Positions 28,479 through 32,000 of a stretch of DNA of 32,000 bases are shown here, one piece after another. The DNA is from Vibrio alginolyticus NBRC 15630 = ATCC 17749. GTDB taxonomy: Bacteria > Pseudomonadota > Gammaproteobacteria > Enterobacterales > Vibrionaceae. The stretch spans positions 2,520,001-2,552,000 of the forward strand of contig NC_022349.1 in assembly GCF_000354175.2 (NCBI RefSeq), written 5' to 3'. Below the pieces are notes generated by a model that was not told the DNA's origin, searched no databases, and saw nothing but the letters and a program-made list of their open reading frames with translations. Position numbers and translations under genes: made by a program. The first letter of the stretch is position 1. Every line of letters starts with the position of its first letter.

Positions 28479-29840
28479 TTAGCTTTCGGCTTTATGTAGT
28501 TTTTCCTGATAGCGAGCGATGAAGCCTGCACTCTGTTCTTCAAGAGTTTGAACCAAACGACGACCTTTACTGTGTACGATGGTGTACAGGAACAGTAGAG
28601 GAATTGCGACAACCAGACCAAGCATCGTAGTAACAAGTGCTTCAGAGATACCGCCAGCCATTAGCTTAGGATCACCTGTACCAAATAGTGTGATTGCTTG
28701 GAACGTACCGATCATACCCATAACCGTACCCAGTAGACCTAGAAGTGGTGCTACAGAAGCGAACAGTTTGATTGAGCTGATAAAGCGTTCAATGCTCGGT
28801 GCGTTACGTAGGATGATTTCGTCCAGTTTCGCTTCCAGATCTTCAAGGTTGTCACCTTTGTGTTCTTGGTAAGCTTGGATAACTTCACCCAGAGGGTTAC
28901 CAGGAATCACGGTTTCTGATTTCGCTTGCTTACGCATTTTACCGCCAATCACTTGAAGGCGTAGGAAGCAAACTAGAGCAATGATAGCGCCAACTGCACC
29001 CATACCAAGGATGACGTAACCTACAATGCCACCTTGATCAATACGTTCTTGAACGGTTGGGCTTTGTACAAGTAGAGACAGAATTACACCACGGGATGGG
29101 TCAATAAACAGTGGCTCATAGCTGTTTGACGCTGACTCAAAGCCTGCAACATGACGTGTAATATTGGTGCGAGGTTGTCGAGAGAGTTCTTCGAACTTAC
29201 CTGTTTGAGGTACATAAGTAACGTACTTACCATCGGCAATCGCGTTAAATTCACCGACAAGAGTAACATCGCGAACCGCTTCTTTACCTTCGCCATAAAC
29301 AACCGTTGCTTGGGTTGTTGCTGTCTCGCCTGAGGCAACCACTTGTTGAAGAATAGTATGCCAGAATGCTTCTAGCTCTTGCGTTGATGGCAGTTCTTTA
29401 CTTTCAGCCAGTTTCGTTAGTAGCGCGTCACGCTCTGGGAACTGAACTGCGTTTTGAGAGGCTGCAAATAAGCCCTTAAACTCGCCCGCATATTGGCGGA
29501 CCACACCAAACATTTCGCCCAAAGTACCAGAGCGAACACGTAAGGTTTCTGTTAGTTCAGTCAGCTGCTTATCGTTTTCATCAAATGTCGCTTTAAGTTG
29601 ATCGCCCAGTGCTTGCTGTGAAGCTAGCTCTTCACGAGCCTGTTGCAATAATGCTGCTTGCTTATCTCGGTTGTTCTTGAACTCAGCTTCACGGGCTTTG
29701 TTCTCTTTTGACTCAACGATGCTTTCTGATTTTACGTTTTTGAGTAGTTCAGATAGGTTTTTAGGCGTTTCTGCTTGTACGCCTGAAGCCATAAATAAGC
29801 TCGCTAGTAGACCAGCGGCTAGAGTTTTGAATCCTTTCAT
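28479..29840 (-). CDS. ttpC: Long MotA/TolQ/ExbB-family protein with an N-terminal periplasmic domain (TtpC-like)
   Basis: 453 aa. Signal peptide ...ASGVQA|E, about 270 aa of coiled-coil-rich periplasmic region, then an ExbB-type channel (APLLGLLGTVMGMIGTF...GGISEALVTTMLGLVVAIP). Confidence 0.85.
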   Translation of the reverse strand: MKGFKTLAAGLLASLFMASGVQAETPKNLSELLKNVKSESIVESKENKAREAEFKNNRDKQAALLQQAREELASQQALGDQLKATFDENDKQLTELTETLRVRSGTLGEMFGVVRQYAGEFKGLFAASQNAVQFPERDALLTKLAESKELPSTQELEAFWHTILQQVVASGETATTQATVVYGEGKEAVRDVTLVGEFNAIADGKYVTYVPQTGKFEELSRQPRTNITRHVAGFESASNSYEPLFIDPSRGVILSLLVQSPTVQERIDQGGIVGYVILGMGAVGAIIALVCFLRLQVIGGKMRKQAKSETVIPGNPLGEVIQAYQEHKGDNLEDLEAKLDEIILRNAPSIERFISSIKLFASVAPLLGLLGTVMGMIGTFQAITLFGTGDPKLMAGGISEALVTTMLGLVVAIPLLFLYTIVHSKGRRLVQTLEEQSAGFIARYQEKLHKAES

Positions 29841-29843
29841 CTC

Positions 29844-30608
29844 TTATTCCTCCCCAGCATATACAGGCAATTTGATTAGCGCTGGTGGCGCTTGCTTCTT
29901 CGCGATACGAAGGCCTTGCTGTACCGCTATGCGGTAGCTTTCCGGTAATGTTTCCCATTGACGTGTTTGTTGGTTCCACATACCTGTCTCACCACCGTCT
30001 GGAGATTGGAATAAAAGCGCCGTGCGACCAATACGTAGGAAATCGTAAGTCACGGTTTCCCCATTTCTATCTAGGCTAGCTTTGTAAGATTCAATTGAGC
30101 GAGAGAAGCCTTCTTCAATTTGGTAGGCTTCCATCACTTTACGGAATTTCTCAGAAGTCGTTACGTCGGCGCGATCCATGAGACGACGCAGTTCTTGGAC
30201 ACGTTTATTACGTTCTTTTTTCTGGAAAGGCAGATCGAGAGTCACAAACTCATCGAGTGCATCGATCATTTTAAGTGTTAGTGGCACTACTTCTGTTGCC
30301 GTTTGATCGATCTGAGCAATTTGGTTATTTAATGAGTCCAATTCACCTTGCTGTGATTGAACCATACGGTTAATTTGCTCGTTGTAGACTTTCATGCTGT
30401 CGATTTGACGTAGTAAGCCTTTGTATTCTGCCAACATGCCTTCAGTACTTTCGGCATAATTGTCGATTTTTTGTTGCGAAGCTTCTGAAGATTGATTTGC
30501 TTTTGCTTGTGTGGAAACGACAGCACCAGAGTTGGCCGCTATAGAGCTACTACTGATAGTAAGCAATGCTGCAGCTATGGCACTGAGACCAAATTCCTTG
30601 AATTTCAT
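29844..30608 (-). CDS. ttpB: DUF3450-like periplasmic coiled-coil protein, first gene of the TonB2-type cluster (TtpB-like)
   Basis: Signal peptide MKFKEFGLSAIAAALLTISSSSIAA. Long coiled-coil segment. Position immediately upstream of ttpC. AAGGA SD. Confidence 0.75.
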   Translation of the reverse strand: MKFKEFGLSAIAAALLTISSSSIAANSGAVVSTQAKANQSSEASQQKIDNYAESTEGMLAEYKGLLRQIDSMKVYNEQINRMVQSQQGELDSLNNQIAQIDQTATEVVPLTLKMIDALDEFVTLDLPFQKKERNKRVQELRRLMDRADVTTSEKFRKVMEAYQIEEGFSRSIESYKASLDRNGETVTYDFLRIGRTALLFQSPDGGETGMWNQQTRQWETLPESYRIAVQQGLRIAKKQAPPALIKLPVYAGEE

Positions 30609-30639
30609 GGTTGCATCCTTGTCAGTGTTTTAGTCAGTC

Positions 30640-30664
30640 GAAAAGGGCGCGGAAAACCCGCGCC
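30640..30664 (-). terminator. Weak or attenuating terminator between the receptor gene and ttpB
   Basis: GC-rich 7-bp stem GGCGCGG (30646-30652) pairs with CCGCGCC (30658-30664). On the - strand it is followed only by CTTTTC. Confidence 0.5.
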
Positions 30665-30673
30665 AAATATTTT

Positions 30674-32000
30674 TTAGAAGTCGTATGATGCCTCGACGTA
30701 TAGTTGACGTCCGATTGGATCGTCATACCCAGTTGCATAGAATGGAGAGGTATCGCTTAGAGGATCTGCAGGCGGTACTTTGTCAAACATGTTGATAGCA
30801 CCAAGAGTTACACGACCACTCTCGTTGAATTGGTAAGAAGCCGTTAGGTTCCACGTTGTCATACTAGCGATTTCTGCTTTGTAACCCGCTTTTTTAGCAG
30901 AATCACAGTCATCAAAGTAGTAACGGTTAGCGTAGCTTGAACACATACGGTCGCGGTATTTACCAAATAGGTTGATAGCGACATCTTCATATGCCCAGCC
31001 AAGATTTAACGTTGCGGTGTATTCAGGCATGAAATCTCTTTCATCCGTTACAGGCTCGCTGTCGTTTTCTTGATATTCAGCAATCAAGATCTTCGTTACA
31101 GCAACACGCGTGTTAAATGAGCCGAACTCATTAGTGTCGTATGCGTATTTGATCGCTAGGTCAATACCAGAACGCTCTTCATACGACTGGTTCACTGGAC
31201 CATAGGATACCGACTTGATGGTGCCATCTGGGTTACGAACGACTTCAGTACCTGGGTATTTACCTGGATCGTTAATTACGTCTTGGTAAGTTGGTGCTGT
31301 TACGACGTCTTCCATCTTGATGTGGTACCAGTCAACAGTTACACCAAGATCATCCACAGGCTCCCACGCTAGGCCCAAGTTAATGTTTGTACTTGTTTCT
31401 TCTTTCAGCTCAGAGTTAGGGCCATTAAGCGTATCGAAGTACTGAGTATCACACTCTGGGTACTTATCTTTATCTTGTGGGCCGCTACCACCAGCGTTGG
31501 CACAAAGCACAGGGTCAAAACCAGAACCAAAGCCTCGAGTTTGATCACCAAATAGTCGCTTCAAGTCTGGAGCTCGGAAGCCTAGACCGTAGCTACCACG
31601 TAGCAATAGGGTGTCAGTAGGACGGTATGCTAGGGCTACTTTAGGAGTGAATGCGCCGCCAGTTGCCGAGTCGTCGAAGTAGTGGTCGTAACGACCAGCG
31701 ACAGTCATTTCTAAATCTTCAATGATAGGAATAAGAGCTTCAACACCAAGACCAATCTGATCGCGGTCACCGCCGCCTGATGTTCCACCTAGACCAGAGA
31801 AACCACCAGCTGCTGTTGTAGCATCAATCGTCTCATTGTAGTCAGTACGGTTCCATTCACCATAAACAGCAAAGCCAGACATACCTGCAGGAAGTTCAAC
31901 CAAATCACCAGCCAGTGAGCCGTTAATAGAGTAAAGCTTTGAGTAAGCTTCTTTGCTTGAAGTGCCGCTGTATTTGTCTACAACGTCTTGTGAGATAGGC
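30674..32000 (-). CDS. TonB-dependent outer-membrane receptor, C-terminal beta-barrel part (5' end outside the window)
   Basis: The frame stays open from 31903 to the window edge (...ISQDVVDKYSGTSSKEAYSKLYSINGSLAGDLVELPAG...). Alternating beta-strand pattern. Canonical C-terminus ...GRQLYVEASYDF with a terminal aromatic residue. Confidence 0.88.
   Translation of the reverse strand, partial: PISQDVVDKYSGTSSKEAYSKLYSINGSLAGDLVELPAGMSGFAVYGEWNRTDYNETIDATTAAGGFSGLGGTSGGGDRDQIGLGVEALIPIIEDLEMTVAGRYDHYFDDSATGGAFTPKVALAYRPTDTLLLRGSYGLGFRAPDLKRLFGDQTRGFGSGFDPVLCANAGGSGPQDKDKYPECDTQYFDTLNGPNSELKEETSTNINLGLAWEPVDDLGVTVDWYHIKMEDVVTAPTYQDVINDPGKYPGTEVVRNPDGTIKSVSYGPVNQSYEERSGIDLAIKYAYDTNEFGSFNTRVAVTKILIAEYQENDSEPVTDERDFMPEYTATLNLGWAYEDVAINLFGKYRDRMCSSYANRYYFDDCDSAKKAGYKAEIASMTTWNLTASYQFNESGRVTLGAINMFDKVPPADPLSDTSPFYATGYDDPIGRQLYVEASYDF

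Noticed and set aside
30609-30673. Looked for a Fur box or iron-regulated promoter in front of the TonB cluster.
   Set aside because: Nothing resembling the 19-bp Fur consensus is visible by eye. The spacer is mostly a GC hairpin. The absence is reported as an observation, not as a feature.

Overview
This window looks like a core-chromosome segment of a Vibrio species. That call rests on gene content and on protein similarity recalled from memory; no search was run. Almost all of it is housekeeping.

Gene order, left to right:
- The distal end of the eps/gsp type II secretion operon on the + strand: an epsH tail, then epsI, J, K, L, M and N.
- cysQ, nudE, nfuA and comF/gntX on the - strand.
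- bioH (+), an orphan 154-aa ORF (+), then tex (-).
- A secreted 626-aa protein (+) built from four tandem retropepsin-like ('putative ATP-dependent zinc protease'/RimB-type) repeats.
- greB, a DUF1090-like periplasmic protein, and ompR-envZ, all on the + strand.
- An NCS2 purine/xanthine-uracil permease (-) with a PurR-type operator.
- The gmk-rpoZ-spoT-trmH-recG block (-).
- A six-gene TtpC-type TonB2/TonB3-like energy-transduction cluster (ttpB-ttpC-exbB-exbD-tonB-ttpD, -), preceded by the 3' part of a TonB-dependent receptor gene that runs off the window.

I found no tRNA or rRNA genes, CRISPR arrays, transposases, integrases, phage genes or recognisable defence genes. I cannot support a claim of a new multi-gene system here.

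The observations most worth a second look are:
1. rpoZ is broken by a single-base insertion.
2. The four-repeat retropepsin-like exported protein keeps the DTGA catalytic motif only in repeats 1 and 4.
3. Strong stem-loops sit inside operons that are tightly packed in E. coli: ompR|envZ, spoT|trmH and trmH|recG.
4. A near-perfect PurR box overlaps the promoter of the permease.
5. Several small orphan regions remain unexplained.

Several ORF-track starts appear to be N-terminal over-extensions and were trimmed using Shine-Dalgarno motifs and remembered homolog N-termini.
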